A DNA stretch of 64,000 bases from Leucoraja erinacea (GCF_028641065.1 NC_073388.1:2852001-2916000), one strand, 5' to 3'; positions 50,241-64,000 are shown, numbered from the stretch's first letter. The notes: generated by a model from the sequence alone, not told the origin. Translations and numbers: made by a program.

Positions 50241-50929
50241 TAATATTTAGCTTGCTACTGCTTACTAATCAATTAATAGTGGAATGCAGTACCCCAGGAA
50301 CATTCACTAACTGTTGTCAGGGCTCCAGGTCACACCACTACATTCCACAGCTGGATGTCTGGGACACAACAAGGTAGTTGCCCAATATCATTTAGAGAGG
50401 GGTTTGCTTGTGTATTAAGATAGCAAGAGAATAGCTAGATGCTAGCATAGGCGAGGGGTGCCTGTATAAAAGTAGTCTTGCATAGCTGACGTGCCACAAC
50501 AGCTCCACAACTCCAACTCCTTGACCAAGATTAACGCTCTGCCCATAGAAACCCAGCTGAAAAAAGCAGCCTCGCAGCACTGGTCCTAACCGAACACACA
50601 TGCAAACACACTACCCTACACTGATATTTATCTCTTCTCCAAAGCTAGAGATTAGAGGGTGACAGATTTTATTCCCCACCTTGAAAACATGATCCACCTC
50701 AGATTTAGGGGGTAATTCCCAATAAACTCCTACAGTACAGGATATTTAGGAATGAGCATTTTTCCTATCCCTATTGAATGAAGGCATGGCTGTACTTTGA
50801 ATGCTTGTCTTCTTGCTTCAGGTTATAGAGGAGACCTATCCTTGCAATGACAGAGGTAAAAGAATCTCACCATCTCAGGGCGCTATCTTGACTACACTTC
50901 TTCCCAACCTGCTTCCTGTAAGGACTCTA

Positions 50930-51550
50930 TCCCCTAGTCCCAATTCCTCCATCTACGCCGCATCTGCACTCAGGATATGTTCCATACCAGGCCTCAATTC
51001 TTTAGGGAACGGGGGTTCCCCTCTTCGACTATAGATGAGGCTTTCACCAGGGTCTCCTCTATATCCCTCAGCTCCGCTCTTACTCCCCATCCCCCCCCTC
51101 CCCCCCACTCGTAACAAGCACAGAGTCCACCTTGTCCTCACCTTCCACCCCATCAGCTGTCGCATACCACATATAATCCTCCAACGTTTTCGCAACCTCC
51201 AACAGGATCAAACCACTGGCCACATCATCCCATCTCCTCACCTTTCTGTTTTCCGCTGAGACAGTTCCCTCCATAACTCCCTGGTCAATTCGTCCCTTCC
51301 TACCCAAATCACCCCCTCCCCGGGTACTTTCCCTTGCAACTGCAGGAAATGCTACACATGTCACTTTACCTCTCCCTCGACTCCATCCAAGGACCCAATC
51401 AGTCTTTCCAAGTGAGGCAGAGGTTCACTTGCACCTCCTCCAACCTCATCTGCTGCATCTGCTGTTCCAGGTGTCAACTTCTCTACATCGGCAAGACCAA
51501 GCACAGGCTCGGCGATCGCTTCGCCCAACACCTCTGCTTGGTTCGTACTA
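50930..51550 (+). mobile_element. Penelope-like retroelement remnant (RT C-terminus/linker plus GIY-YIG start)
   Basis: Translations RVHLVLTFHP and RFTCTSSNLICCICCSRCQLLYIGKTKHRLGDRFAQH. Confidence 0.88.
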
Positions 51551-52434
51551 ACCATAGGACATAGCTTTAAGGTGAGAGGGGAAAGAATAGGAACCTGAGA
51601 GGCAACTGGTGTGTATATGGTACAAGCTGCGAGAGGAAGTCAGAGGCAGGTAATTTCACAATATTTAAAAGACATTTGGTCAGGCGAATGGATAGGAAAG
51701 GTTTAGAAGGATATGGGCCAATCGCAGGCAGCTGGGACTGGCGTAGATGGAGCATCTTGGGCCGAAGGGCCTGTTTTCATGCTGTACGACTCAGATTCTT
51801 GTACGATCAAGACGCCTATCTCTCTCTCAAACAATCTTCAACCCATCTTCATAAATCCAATAGCAAACCATCACCAACTATCTATAGGGCAGGAAGTGGC
51901 CGGCCACATGACACAAGCACAAATCTGATCTGTTTACGAAGCCCAAACTTGAAACAATTCAAGGATTCGCCATTATAGAAAACCACAAGAAAGCAAAGGA
52001 CAGGATGACAAAGCATATACTGAATCACACCATTCTAATTATGTCCATCAGGAGACAGTCATGGGACCCACCAAACCTCCAGTCATGCAGTCTAAGATTA
52101 GATAAAGAAATTGCTTCCACAGGAAGTTATAATGTCCCTCTACAAATGCAATGGAAACTATACTTTTACTGTTGAGTATATTTGGGAATCAAGTTGTGTG
52201 TACACAAACGTATTTGTGAGGTGCAGGGCGCATCTTCAATAATGATAAGCTGTCGAACTGAAGGTACAAGGCAGGCAGGCACACTCCAAAACGCTGGAAA
52301 GTTTATCAGATCGGATTTAATCCTGAAAAGTGAAAGGCGTTACATGTTGGTTCAACTAATAAGATTAGGATTTGCAGTGATTGGCAATAGCCTAGGAATC
52401 TGAGGCAGATAGTAGCCTCAATGTAAATATCCAT

Positions 52435-52955
52435 GACAGCATATGACAGTCCCGCCATCCCGGGAATTAACCTTGTAAACCTACGCTGCACTCCCTCAAT
52501 AGCAAGAATGTCCTTCCTCAAATTAGGGGACCAAAACTGCACACAATACTCCAGGTGTGGTCTCACTAGGGCTCTGCAGAAGGACCTCTTTGCTCCTGAA
52601 CTCGACTCCTCTTGTAATAAAGGCCAACATGCCATTTGTTTTCTTCACTGCCTGCTGTACCTGCATGCTTACTTTCATAGACTGATGAACAAGGACCCCC
52701 AGATCCCGTTGTACTTCCCCTTTTCCCAGCTTGACGCAATTTAGATAGTAATCTGCCTTTCTGTTTTTGCTACCAAAGTGGATAACCTCACATTTATCCA
52801 CATTAAACTTCATCTGTCATGCATCTGCCCACTCCCCCAACCTGTCCAAGTCACCCTGCATCTCATAGCATCCTCCTCACAGTTCACACTGCCACCCAGC
52901 TTTGTGTCATCTGCAAATTTGCTAATGTTACTTTGAAACCCTTCATCCAAATCAT
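52435..52955 (-). mobile_element. CR1 LINE internal fragment
   Basis: ORFs 52306..52635 and 52523..52813 ([22 protein letters not shown]). Confidence 0.9.
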
Positions 52956-55900
52956 TGCACCTTTGGAAGTTAATTCATCTTCTCCCTGATCTCATCTAAA
53001 GGATACGCCTTATTTCACTTTCATATTACACAATTGGAGGCTATTGTCTTTCAGACTTCATATCTCATTCTCATCTTGAATATCTCCAATGGCAACCAGT
53101 TTACCTGCATGAAATGTTCCATCAGCTCAGAGCTTTAAGTCAGAATTACTGCCAACACAAGTACCCAAATTCCCACTGGTTTGCTTAATTTAATTTAATT
53201 GCCATGTGCAATACTTTCAACGGATCTGGGTATAGCAGACACAGCAGCAAATTTGTTGAACCTTTCTATTTATTCTTAATGCCTAGTTTAAATTGCCTAG
53301 ATTTCACCACTAACTCACCATGGGATTAAAATATGACCCTAATCAGCTTGTAACCCATTCATGGGAAATGACCTCCAAAACATCAGAGGTCTAGTTATAC
53401 ACCTGTGAGGAATTACTCTCAGATATAAAAGTGCAGCACATTTGCATCATGTTTTATAACTACAGATATAAATATAGAAAAACTGTCCAAAAAAAAACAC
53501 ACTATGAATATCAAAACAATACATGACCAGCACTAATGCAACCCTACTCACTCCTGATCAGGCAATTTTATGGGGTTTGCATTCATTTCCAAAATTATTT
53601 TCAATTTTAAGATTCCACATTTATGTGTGGGAACCAACAACTTCCAAAAGATTGTTACAAATGCAGCTGATTTAATTTAAACTAATACATCAAAGGGCGA
53701 CTGAATAATATAGCAGGACAAATGACACATCATCTCAAACTTGGCCAACTGCATGCATTTTTCTGCAAGTTTATACAGTACAAGATTAAGAAGACAACAT
53801 TTCAAAAAGTCAGTAAATTGATCGAACCCTTCCAGACTTGAAAACAACTGGTCAACTCTTCACTGACCTAGACGATCTGGTATCCAACTAACTATCCAAA
53901 TCAGCAATTATCCTCGCCAGGTCTGTTCTCCCCACTAACTTATCTAAAAAAAGCCCTTTCTTTTTTTAATATATGAAACAGCTGGTGGAATGCTCTTCCA
54001 CACCCAACTGGCTCATTGTACAACATTCCTAACTGCTGTGCACAGAACATTAAGTAGCATGTCGCAATGTGTCGCAAAATTTCCACACACAATGATACAG
54101 AGACCAATTTTCCAAGCCTCATCCTCTAAGATACACACCATTCTGAATGGCGCTTTTTAAAAACACGAGTGGAGATCCAGAGATGCTGCCTGTCCCGCTG
54201 AGTTATTCCAGCATTTTGTGTCTATCTTTGGTGTAAACCAGCATCTGCAGTTCCTTCCTACACATCCTTCTAGGATACAAATGCTTCGCAGACACTGTCC
54301 CAAAGATGCACCCATGTACTACTTGTAGTTTTTTCTCCCTGCATAGATGTGCTCAGTGATCATTAGCTGGTTGATCAACGACACAATACCCAATATCCCC
54401 CTAAGAGTTGCCATATATTACGCAAATTTCACTGGGATTCTCTGGTGTCAAGAATGGCTAGAAATACTTAAAGTATAAACACCTTTTTGTAAACTAACAT
54501 CTGCAGATCCTCGTGTCTCCAAAATACCTGTCCAATTTAAGAAAAATAACTAAAGTTGGACATAGGCTGAAGAACCAGCTAAGTATGTGTTGCAATCTTG
54601 TTCACTGTTTAAAGAGCCGTTTCCTAGCCTCAACACTTTTGCTTCGAGATTTAAGTTCAACGTAATATTGTCATGTGTATCAAGGTACAATGAAAATCTT
54701 TGTTTTGCATGCTATGCAATCAGATCAGAGAATATTATACATAAATACAATCAAGCCAAACTCAAGTACAATAGGTAGAGTAATGGGGAAGACAGTGTGC
54801 AAAATACAGTTCTCAGAATGGTAGCACATCTGTTCCATGGACAAAGTCCAATGTCCAAAATAGGTAGAGTGAATCAGACAGTGTCCTAGCTTATGGAAGG
54901 ACCAGATTCCTGTTAACAGAGGGGAAGAAGCCGTTCTCAAGTCTGGTCGTGTGTGCTTTCAAGCCTCTGTAACTTGTGCGAGAGCAAGGGGAAGGAAGAA
55001 TGACTGAGGTGGGACCAATTTTCGATTATGTTGGCTGCTTTTCCAAGGCAGGATAGAGTATAGATGGAGTCAAGTCATGGGAAGTCTGGTCTGTGTGTTT
55101 CTCTGGACTTAAGAGAGTTAGATAGAGCTCTAGGGGCTAGTGGAGTCAAGGGATATGAGGAGAAGGCAGGCACGGGTTATTGATAGGGGATGATCAGCCA
55201 TGATCACAATGAATGGCGGTGCTGGCTCGAAGGGCCGAATGGCCTCCTCCTGCACCTATTTTCTATGTTTCTAACCTGTTCTGTCTCTTGATAATTCCTT
55301 CATGAAGCAGCATTGCCTGGAAGTCATGTTTTTGGTTTGCTGCTGCATCTTAGACTGTTTCTCAGGAGTGAAGATGACTTGCTTTCCTGCAGTTTTGTGG
55401 GTTCTGAGGTGGCTAATGAGACCACCATGAGAACTTTACAATCTGACATTCATTTTGGGGCTGCTGCTGCTATTAGTCACTCTTGGGATGAACGACGATC
55501 TGCTTTCATCTCACTTTTTGGGGTCCGAGGTGACCATAGGAACCTTAGACCCTTCTGTAAATGGGACAGGGGGTGGCTGACAAGTGGGTAAAGGGTGAGA
55601 TGTGTTCCATCTGCTGTGTACACATGGGTTTCAGTGTGCTCCTGATGTATTGTACAGAGGTTCTCAATACCATTCTGAATGGTGCTTTTTAAAACATGGT
55701 CATGGGTGAAAGATTTTTAGGAGTTTGTGCTGTTGCATTTCAAGGAAGCCTGGAGCATTTTTCCTGTACACTTGGCAATCTCCTTCCATGACTGCTCCAT
55801 TAATTACATTAACACTGCCTCTTCAAGGCTGACCGGCCTTACCCATTCCCTACTTCCAGTATGTTTAGCAATTTGCCAAGATTCTTGTTCCTCATTTACA

Positions 55901-57147
55901 TGTTGCCATAGCACCACACCCCATTCCTGGGATCCCAAGATTAACACATTTAGAGAAGACCAGGTAATTACTCAACTAGCAGGTTCCTGCATGTTGCTTT
56001 TCTTAAACTCTCTAATATAAATGATTAAAAAAAACATTCTCTATACACCACCGGGTGGCGCCCGTAATGGCCGCCTCGCCAACAGTCTGTCTCGTCCCTT
56101 GGTGGAACTTAGCAGATCAGGCTGCATCTTAGAACAGAGAACACAGAATAGTATGGCACAAGAACAGGCCCTTCACCCCACAATAACTGTGCCAAACTTG
56201 ATGCCGAGACCAACTCATACCTGCCTTCAAATAACCCATATCCCTCCATTCCCTGGATATCCATGTGCCTATCCAAAAGTCACTTAAATGCAACTATTGA
56301 AGCTGCCTCAACTACCACCCTCGGCATCACATTCCAGGCACTCGCAGCTCGAAAAATCTGTAAAAATAATCTTGCCCCGCACATCTCCTTTAAACTTTGC
56401 TCCTCTCACCTTAAAGCTACACGGTTTAGTATGGGGGGAATGGACATGCGCGCTTCGGGTTAGGGCCATTCCTGGAACATGGACTGATATGAAGAATGTC
56501 GGCCTGAGTAATGATTCAGACCAGCCCCAGCAGCTTTGTGCAAGTCTGTGCCTTGGAGATTGCAGGGGATATGAGCTTTTTGCATTAGATAGCAATTGAA
56601 GTTGGTTAGGCCTCTCCCTCGAAACAGAAACAAATGACTCACCCTTCACGCCCAAGGATATATCGTAGTAATAGATGTCATCTCACCTTGTCACAGAACT
56701 GACAAACATATTCCACACAGATGCAGAAAAATATATATTACTTCCACCCAAATCAAATGCCCAGCTGTTCCAAGATAATTCCATGGTTTTAGCCTCATAA
56801 GGTATAACAGTCTGAAAAATGAAGAAACAAGGAACTACAGATAAAAGATACAAATTCACGATATTCCCGTATCATGTGTCTGTACACTGGGTATAGGTCG
56901 ATTGCAATTGTGTAATGTGTTTCCACTGACTGGTTAGCATGCAACAAATTATTTTCACTGTACCTTGGTACACGTGGGAATAAACTAAACTACACAAAGT
57001 ACTGGAGTGACTTAGCACGTCAGGCAGCATCTCTGGAAAACATAAATTGGTGATGTTTCAGGTCAGGGCCCTTTAAAGTCATCAACAGAAACATCACTGA
57101 TCTACATTCTCCAGAGATGCTGCCTGACCCGATTAATTGCTTTAGCA

Positions 57148-57376
57148 TTGTGACTTTGACTCTGACATCAGGGGGGGGGGGGGGGGGGGGGGGGGGGGGA
57201 GTGCAGTGGAGAGATAAGTGTTTTTGGCCTTCCATCACAGCGATGTGATGGATGTTTATGTAAATTATGTTGTGTCTTGGGTCTATGTGTTTGTAATGTA
57301 TGGCTGCAGAAACGGCATTTCGTTTGGACCTCAAGGGGTCCAAATGACAATTAAATGTATCTTGTAATCTTGTAAT
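57148..57376 (+). mobile_element. 5'-truncated copy of the CpG-rich retroposon (subfamily of copy A)
   Basis: Closely matches 2122-2335; TSD CTTTAGCA at 57140-57147 and 57377-57384; (ATCTTGTA)n tail. Confidence 0.8.
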
Positions 57377-58244
57377 CTTTAGCAACTGTGTTTGCTGGTT
57401 TATCAAGGAAAGACACAATGTGTGGAGTTGCTCAGCAGGTCAGACAACACTGCTGGAGACATGGACAGGTGATATTTCGGGTCGGGACCCTTCTTTAAAA
57501 TCTTATCTTTAGTCTGAACGATCATGGTGCTTTGTTCAATATTATGACACGGCAAACTAAAATACCAAATACAGTTTGCTTTATGCTTTTGTTTAAATGG
57601 AAGGTCAACTAATTTCCAACATATTGATGACTTTTTAAAAACTGATTTTGCCAACACCCACCCAGAAAACTATACAAGTTCCCACAGATATTAAGTGGTA
57701 TGTGCTTCCTGTCTGTAATGCAGAGGAAAAATTAGCAAGTCAAACTTCCTTAGGCAAGCTCATCCTGTGATTAACATAAACCTGAAAGGATATCACAAAA
57801 TCAAAAGCTATCTAATTGTTGTAATGTGTTTCAAATCACATTTAAATTTCCATTAAAGCTTTTTGTTCAGGCCACAAAAATAATTCATCTCACTCCAAAA
57901 ACCTTCAAATCTTTTTTCTCTGCAGCACAAATGAACCGAACCTTAATATAGACTATAGATCATTGGAATATAGATTAGAGTACATCCATGCTATTTTACA
58001 AGGATGCGCCAGAACACTTAATACCTACTTGATTAATGTTTGAAAAACAGCCTGCTGTAATTAAGGAAGGGTAGTTGTTCACATTTCTGCCATCGCTTGA
58101 TGTCACGGATCAAATGATAGTCAATATTAAGCAGAGTTCCATACCCCAACTACTGTTTGAGATACCAATCTTCTAGGTTGATCTTCAAGCGGAACTCACG
58201 GTGGAGCTTCATCCTTGCAATGTGGGAAATAATGGATCATAAGG

Positions 58245-58535
58245 ACGACACAGTGGTAGAGTTGCTGCCTTACAATGCTTGCAGTGCCTGAGATCCCGAC
58301 TAGGGGTGCTGTCTGTAGGGAGTTTGTACGTTCTCCCATGTGATTGCGTGGGATTTCTCCAAGATCTTCAGTTTTCTCCCACACTCCAAAGACGTACAAG
58401 TTTGTAGGTTAATTGGCTTGGTATAAGTTTAAATTGTTCCTAGAATGTGTAGGATAGCATTACCTTGCGGGGATCACAGGTCATGCGGACTCGGTGGGGC
58501 TGTTTCTGCGCTGTATCTCTAAACTCAAATTAAAC
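58245..58535 (+). mobile_element. tRNA-derived V-SINE (HE1-like)
   Basis: ggtagagttgctgccttaca...ggagtttgtacgttctccc...ctgtatctctaaact. Confidence 0.82.
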
Positions 58536-59762
58536 TACATATCATTCTGCACGCACAATGTGGCAGAGGATCTCCGCTGCACAGGCAGCATATGTGAAGA
58601 CAGCATTGTGGATACGTGACGTTTCAGGTCAGGACCTTTCTTCAGAAAGGGCAGATTAAGTCTGAAGAAAGGACCTGACCCAAAGTGTCATTTATCCATA
58701 TTCTCCAGAATTTCTGCATGACCCACTGAGTTATTCCAGCACTTCATGCCTTCTTTTGTACACCAGCATCTGCAATTCCTTGTTTCAGCATTTGAGGGAG
58801 TGAACAGATGACATAGTTTAGTTTATTGTCACTTGTACCGGGGTACAATGAAAAGCTTTTAGATGCATGCAATCCTGTCAGCAAAAAGACATTACTTGAT
58901 TCCAATTGAATCACAATCAATCGACATTTCAGATCAAGACCTTCCTAACTTGCCATGACAGCTTCCGACCCAGACTTGTTACAAGAGCACTGTGTCTTTC
59001 CTCTTGAAATCTCTCTGACAGACCCCGAGGCTCCCTCTCACTGCTCCCCCTTTGTGACTCCTGCTGACCATGTTCTGAGCCAGACGCACAAGGGTCAGAC
59101 ACATGTCTATCCTCCTTTCCAGCAACTGCAATTCCTCGAGTTTTCATTACCTTAAAAAAAATTGTTTCTTTAAAAAGCCAACACCAACTGTCAATATCGT
59201 ATAGGCCAAAGGATAACACGACTGACATTTAGTAAAACATTATCCTAATACACGGGGTTAGCATTGAATTATACAGCTGGGATGGAGCACATATCTCTAC
59301 TGTGGGCTGGCATGCGCATGTTTGATGCTGACAGCTGGTATTTTAAATATCAAAGTGTTCCACTTTCATAGACAGATATATCCTCAAGGCAATATTGACA
59401 CTCAATACTACCAATCTTTAATTGTTTATTTCCAAGTACTCAAAGCTGTGACCTTCAATATACCTTGCAAATATTCTAAAACAAACTTCATCCCTGGAAC
59501 GGTACAGGAACAGACCCATCAGCCTAAAGGTCTGTGCCAAACATGTTGCCAAGGCCAACCCTCAACTGCCCTCCATTCCATGCATATCCATGCACTTATC
59601 CAAAAGTATTTTAAATGCCACAATCGCATCTGCCTCCATCACCAATCCTGGCAGAGCATTCCAAGCAGTCACCAAAAATAAACTTGCTCGCAGATCTCCT
59701 TTAAACTTTGCCGCCTCACCTGAAAGCCATGCCCACAAGTATTTTACACTTTCATCCTGAGA

Positions 59763-59892
59763 AATAGAAACATAGAAACATAGAAATTAGGTGCAGGAGT
59801 AGGCCATTCGGCCCTTCGAGCCTGCACCGCCATTCAATATGATCATGGCTGATCATCCAACTCAGTATCCCATACCTGCCTTCTCTCCATAC
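59763..59892 (-). mobile_element. Young CR1 3' tail
   Basis: (CATAGAAA)n plus aggtgcaggagtaggccattcggccc. Similar tails at 26929-27005, 31405-31610, 55105-55273 (+) and 62345-62440. Confidence 0.85.
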
Positions 59893-61787
59893 CTCCACAC
59901 CAAATAGTTTCTATTCAGAAGAGTTCCGACCTAGAACATAGCCTATCCATTCCCCACAGAAGTTTTGGCTCAGGACCCATCCAACCAGAAACTTAGTCAT
60001 TTAATTTCCCTCCACTGATGCTGCCTGCTCCACAGAGTTCCTCCAACACTTTGAATTATTTTGATTAAGGTTCCAGCATCTGCAGTCCCAAGTATCGAAA
60101 GCTACAATCAAAACTGGCACAAATATTTGGGGGGAATCCAAATGGCAACACTATCTACAGGTGAGCACCCACCTCATATTGTGTAATGCAATTATTAAAC
60201 TGTTAACTGAACAGAAAAATCTCAACACAAAAAGGATTATCAATTCTACTAAATCTTTCATTGTCGTGTAAGAAATGTCTTCCCATTGAATACTAATTCC
60301 TGGAATTAAATAGCTGGTCTGACTTGTTCAGTAATTCAACTCTAGAACAAAATTAAATTATTTAACCTAATGACGATCCAGCATTAAATCTAAACCAAGT
60401 CACCCACACAAATATATATATATTTTTATAATGATAACACAAATACCAATTTGTTCCAATTTCTTTTGTCAATTACTAAATTTGTCAGCTGCTAAATTTG
60501 TAGGCAGCAAGGGGTGGGAATTAATAAGCTTTGGCTTCTTCCTGCTCCTTTTCGGACACATACGATTCATTTATTTATAAATATTGTTTATGACACTTTA
60601 TAAATATTCTTGGTTTTTGTTTTTGTTTTTTGTATGCTGTTTCACACTTGCTTTTTATTCTTTAGTCTGTCCGAAATAAAGGATTTATTATTATTATATA
60701 ATACTATATCCCTAAAACCAGAAAGAATTTAAGAAACAGATGGAAAGTTTCTATGTCTACAGTGAAATACCGAACCTGATTAACGATGCCTGGTCAGGGG
60801 CAACATATGTTTGAACAAATGTTTTCTAGTGACAGGAACTGTCGACAAAACATTTCCACAGGGAGCAACCTGAACAGAATTAAAGAAAAGATGATGGCAA
60901 ACAAATACTTAAGAGTCTGGTTGACCTATACATGTCTTCATGTTTACCCTAAACATCACAAATAGATAATTAAAAAAAACTTTTCTTCCCCAAGGTCACA
61001 AAGTAATTTGGTCCATCTTAATCAACCATGACAGATTCAGAAGATATACCCACTGCGGCTTTCAATTGCTTTTAAAATAATTCTAGGGGGGCTTGTCTAC
61101 TGATCAATGTAGCTAGTGTACCAAGACAATCTTTAAGAGTAATTTACTAACTCAACAGAAAACTGGAAACCTAACGTTGTGTTTAAGTAAGCTCACAGCA
61201 TTCAACAGCCAAAAGTAGCTTTCACCATAAAGCTTAAATAACCATTGTTGGCATCTTCTCCCTGGCCAACATCCCTGATGTTGAGGAGCTCATTACTCCC
61301 CGTCACACTCCCAATGAACTCCCAGAGCCTCACTTGTCATACTCCCAATGAAAATAGCCGTTAAGTAAAAAAAATAAAATAAATATAAAGATTTTTCCAC
61401 TGATTTGTTATAAATGTAATTTCTATATGAATCTAATCATTTTTTATAGTCAAAATCGCAAAATTTTCACAGTTCCGCTGCAAATACTGGAAGGGATAAG
61501 GGGGAGGCAGCGACGAGCTGAGCCTCCCCTCCGATTGCGCAACCCTTCAGAACCTGCATGGAGCGCGGTCAATAAGCGTGTGCCTGTTACTATCTCTAAG
61601 TATGTCACCAAAGTAATGTTTGTAAACCCCTTCATTACATGTCCTTACCTTCCATAGTCCAGGTAACGTATTTCACATATAAAGATATTAAATTTGTGCT
61701 CGCTGGTCTCACATAAAACTGCAATGGAAAAGCTCCAGGGGAGGCAGCGATCACATCTGCCTCACAAGCAGGCATATCTTGAGCCCA

Positions 61788-62285
61788 GTGGAGGAAGAGC
61801 GAGCGTCAATTACGTAGGCTCAGCCCATGTAATTGACGCTGCCTCGCTCTCCCTCCACATTAGCTAGCTTCAGCAGCGGCGTCGCAGTACTACATTCCAC
61901 CGCTGGCGGCGCTGACTTTCCAGCCACGGGCGGCGTTGAACCGTTGACCTTAACATCGCGGGGGTCGCCAGCGTTGAATCTCAGCCCAGCTCGGCATGTG
62001 GACTTCGGAAGCCGCGGTCTCCGGTAGGGAAGTGGCTGATTCTGAGGCTCTGGGTCATAGCGGCGACTGCAGAGGCCTCAATGGGCCCCGACCACGGGTG
62101 AACAGAGGAAGAGGACTGAACTTTGAAAGTACAGTCCTCCTCCTCTGTTCACACGTGGTTGGGGCCTGTTCAATTTTGGTGCCTTCCCTCAGTGGGAAAC
62201 GTCGATTCTGCTGTGGGGGCGATGTTTTTATGTTTAATGTTAAATTCTAAAGTGTCGTGTTTATCTTTTTTGTGTGCTGCATTGA
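61788..62285 (+). mobile_element. CpG-rich retroposon-like segment (copy D), preceded by a long hairpin
   Basis: Shares the ggactg...gccttcc-hairpin-gatgtt..tatg..tgctgca motif order with copies A-C. Confidence 0.55.
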
Positions 62286-62674
62286 TAAGGCTAAATGATG
62301 TTAATAATATAAGAAATATATTAAATGGATTTCTGGGCTAGAATAGGAACATAGAAAATAGGTGCAGGAGGGGGCCATTCGACCCTTCGGGCCAGCACCG
62401 CCATTCATTGTAATCATGGCTGATCGTCCCCAATCAATAACCTGTATGCATGTGTTGTAAAGAATGCTGATATGAAATATGAAACATACGGGAGTCATTG
62501 TGCAATCTGCCAATTGGATGGTGAATTTAAGCTACCTCTATTGGGTTCATATGCGTGTAAATCTGGCTCTGATACTAGCCAGTGCCTCCCCAGCCATTGA
62601 CCTCACCGCACGTTACTGCCAGTAGGTTATAATGGACAGCCCACATTGTTCGCAAACTTAACAGCAGAGGTGGT

Positions 62675-63000
62675 GCTGGACCCTTTCCAACGTCAGCACA
62701 ACCCTCCTCAGATATGGGGCCCAAAACTGCTCAGGATAGTCCAAATGTGGTCTGACCAGTGCCTCATAAAGCATCAACATTACATCCCCGTTTTTATGTT
62801 CTTGTCCTCTCAAAATGAATGTTAACATTTGCAAATGTTGCATTTACCTTCCTGACTACCGATTCAACGTGCAAATGAACCTTTGGGAATCCTGCACCAG
62901 CATTCCAAAAATCCCTCTGCACCTCCGATTTCCAAATCCTATCCAAATTTAGAAAATAGTCTGCGCCTTTATTCCTACTACCAAATTGTATGCCCACACA
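62675..63000 (-). mobile_element. Older CR1 LINE fragment
   Basis: ORF 62658..62843 (LYEALVRPHLDY..QFWAPYLR). Confidence 0.8.
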
Positions 63001-63539
63001 CTTTGCTATGCCAGGACTGCAGAGATTCTCACTAACACTTTCTCAAGAGTAGTTATAGACAATAAATGATGGCCTTGCAGGCAATGCCCACTTTCCATCT
63101 AAATAAATAAATGGAAAGACTGAGGAAGGAATAAACAAATAAATAATTAATGGGCTATTTGCAAACACACTGTTGGGAATATCAGAAACCAGTTAACCTT
63201 GCTGCCGAGAACACAGGGAAATATTGGGGTGGCACAGTGGCGCCAAAGACTCGAGTTCGATCCAGTCTACAGGTGACGGAGAGTCAGGGGAGAGGTGAGA
63301 GTCATGCCCCTCTCCCCTGACTCTAGGTTGAATTCTCTTCAGACTGAATGTCACCTATTCCTTCCCCCCCCCCCCCCCCCCAAGATGCTGCCTGACCCGC
63401 TGAGTTACTGCAGCATTTTGTGTCTATCTTCAGTTTGGTTATTAATTTTGCTATTGCTGAAGCAGGCCATCTATTGATATTAAATCTTCAAATCCAGTGT
63501 TAAAACACATTTGTACTCCCTGGCTTTTGACAATGCCTG

Positions 63540-63730
63540 AGACGTTGCTTCTGTTTGTGGTGTTTTTGATGTTTCTTTATTTTACATGTCTTTTCCTACT
63601 ATTTCTTTTGATTGTTATTTTTGGTGTGTATTAACTTTTTTGTCAATGATTAGTGATGCACAGCACTTTGTTGCAGCTATGTTTGTTTTTAAAGTGCTCT
63701 ATAAATAAAATTATTATTATTATTATTATT
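63540..63730 (+). mobile_element. L2-type LINE 3' tail
   Basis: cagcactttg...aaagtgctctataaataaa plus (ATT)n; a similar tail is at 46795-46905. Confidence 0.6.
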
Positions 63731-64000
63731 AAGGCAACAGTGTCAGCAAATGAGTGGAAGTTGGCAAAGTAAACATCTGCTCTCAATGCAGTCAATCAAA
63801 CAGCAAACAAAATCAATGTATTCAAGAAACCAATAATTTACAGCCTGAATCCATTTGCACTTATTATGCAGAAATCATGCAAAAGTAGCTGTTTCTCCCA
63901 GAGAACCACACGGAGCAATTCTCGTCAGATAATTTCTCATCTGTTATTTAATTGGTTTAAGCTACATACCCCCTACCTCACTGATCCAATGCCACTGCCA

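Noticed and set aside
50464-50495. TATAAAA plus TGACGT motifs as the PLS3 promoter
   Set aside because: The TATA is on the strand opposite to the gene, and such short motifs are expected by chance.

Overview
Eukaryotic, repeat-rich vertebrate DNA. The repeat families (CR1/HER1-type LINEs, HE1/V-SINE-like SINEs, Penelope-derived palindromes) point to a cartilaginous fish, probably a skate or ray (inference). The window holds the complete coding sequence of a plastin-3 (T-plastin, PLS3) gene on the minus strand. It has 15 coding exons from 47616 down to 11996, all with GT-AG boundaries, totalling 1887 nt (628 aa + stop). The non-coding first exon was not confidently located. Introns and flanks are filled with nested mobile elements: CR1, Rex1/Babar-like and L2-like LINE fragments, tRNA-derived SINEs, a full-length decayed IR/DR Tc1 transposon, a Harbinger-like MITE, a foldback-type MITE, and Penelope (GIY-YIG) remnants. 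Four observations stand out. (1) Many short Penelope-derived units carry a minimal hammerhead-ribozyme core and have their own target-site duplications. (2) A family of CpG-rich non-coding retroposons has divergent bodies but structurally conserved, co-varying hairpins and Rex1-like tails. (3) An exact 138-bp locally templated insertion interrupts a young L2-like ORF. (4) PLS3 has non-conservative substitutions, including Gly->Cys at position 6 of EF-hand 2. Exon coordinates were counted base by base; repeat boundaries are approximate.
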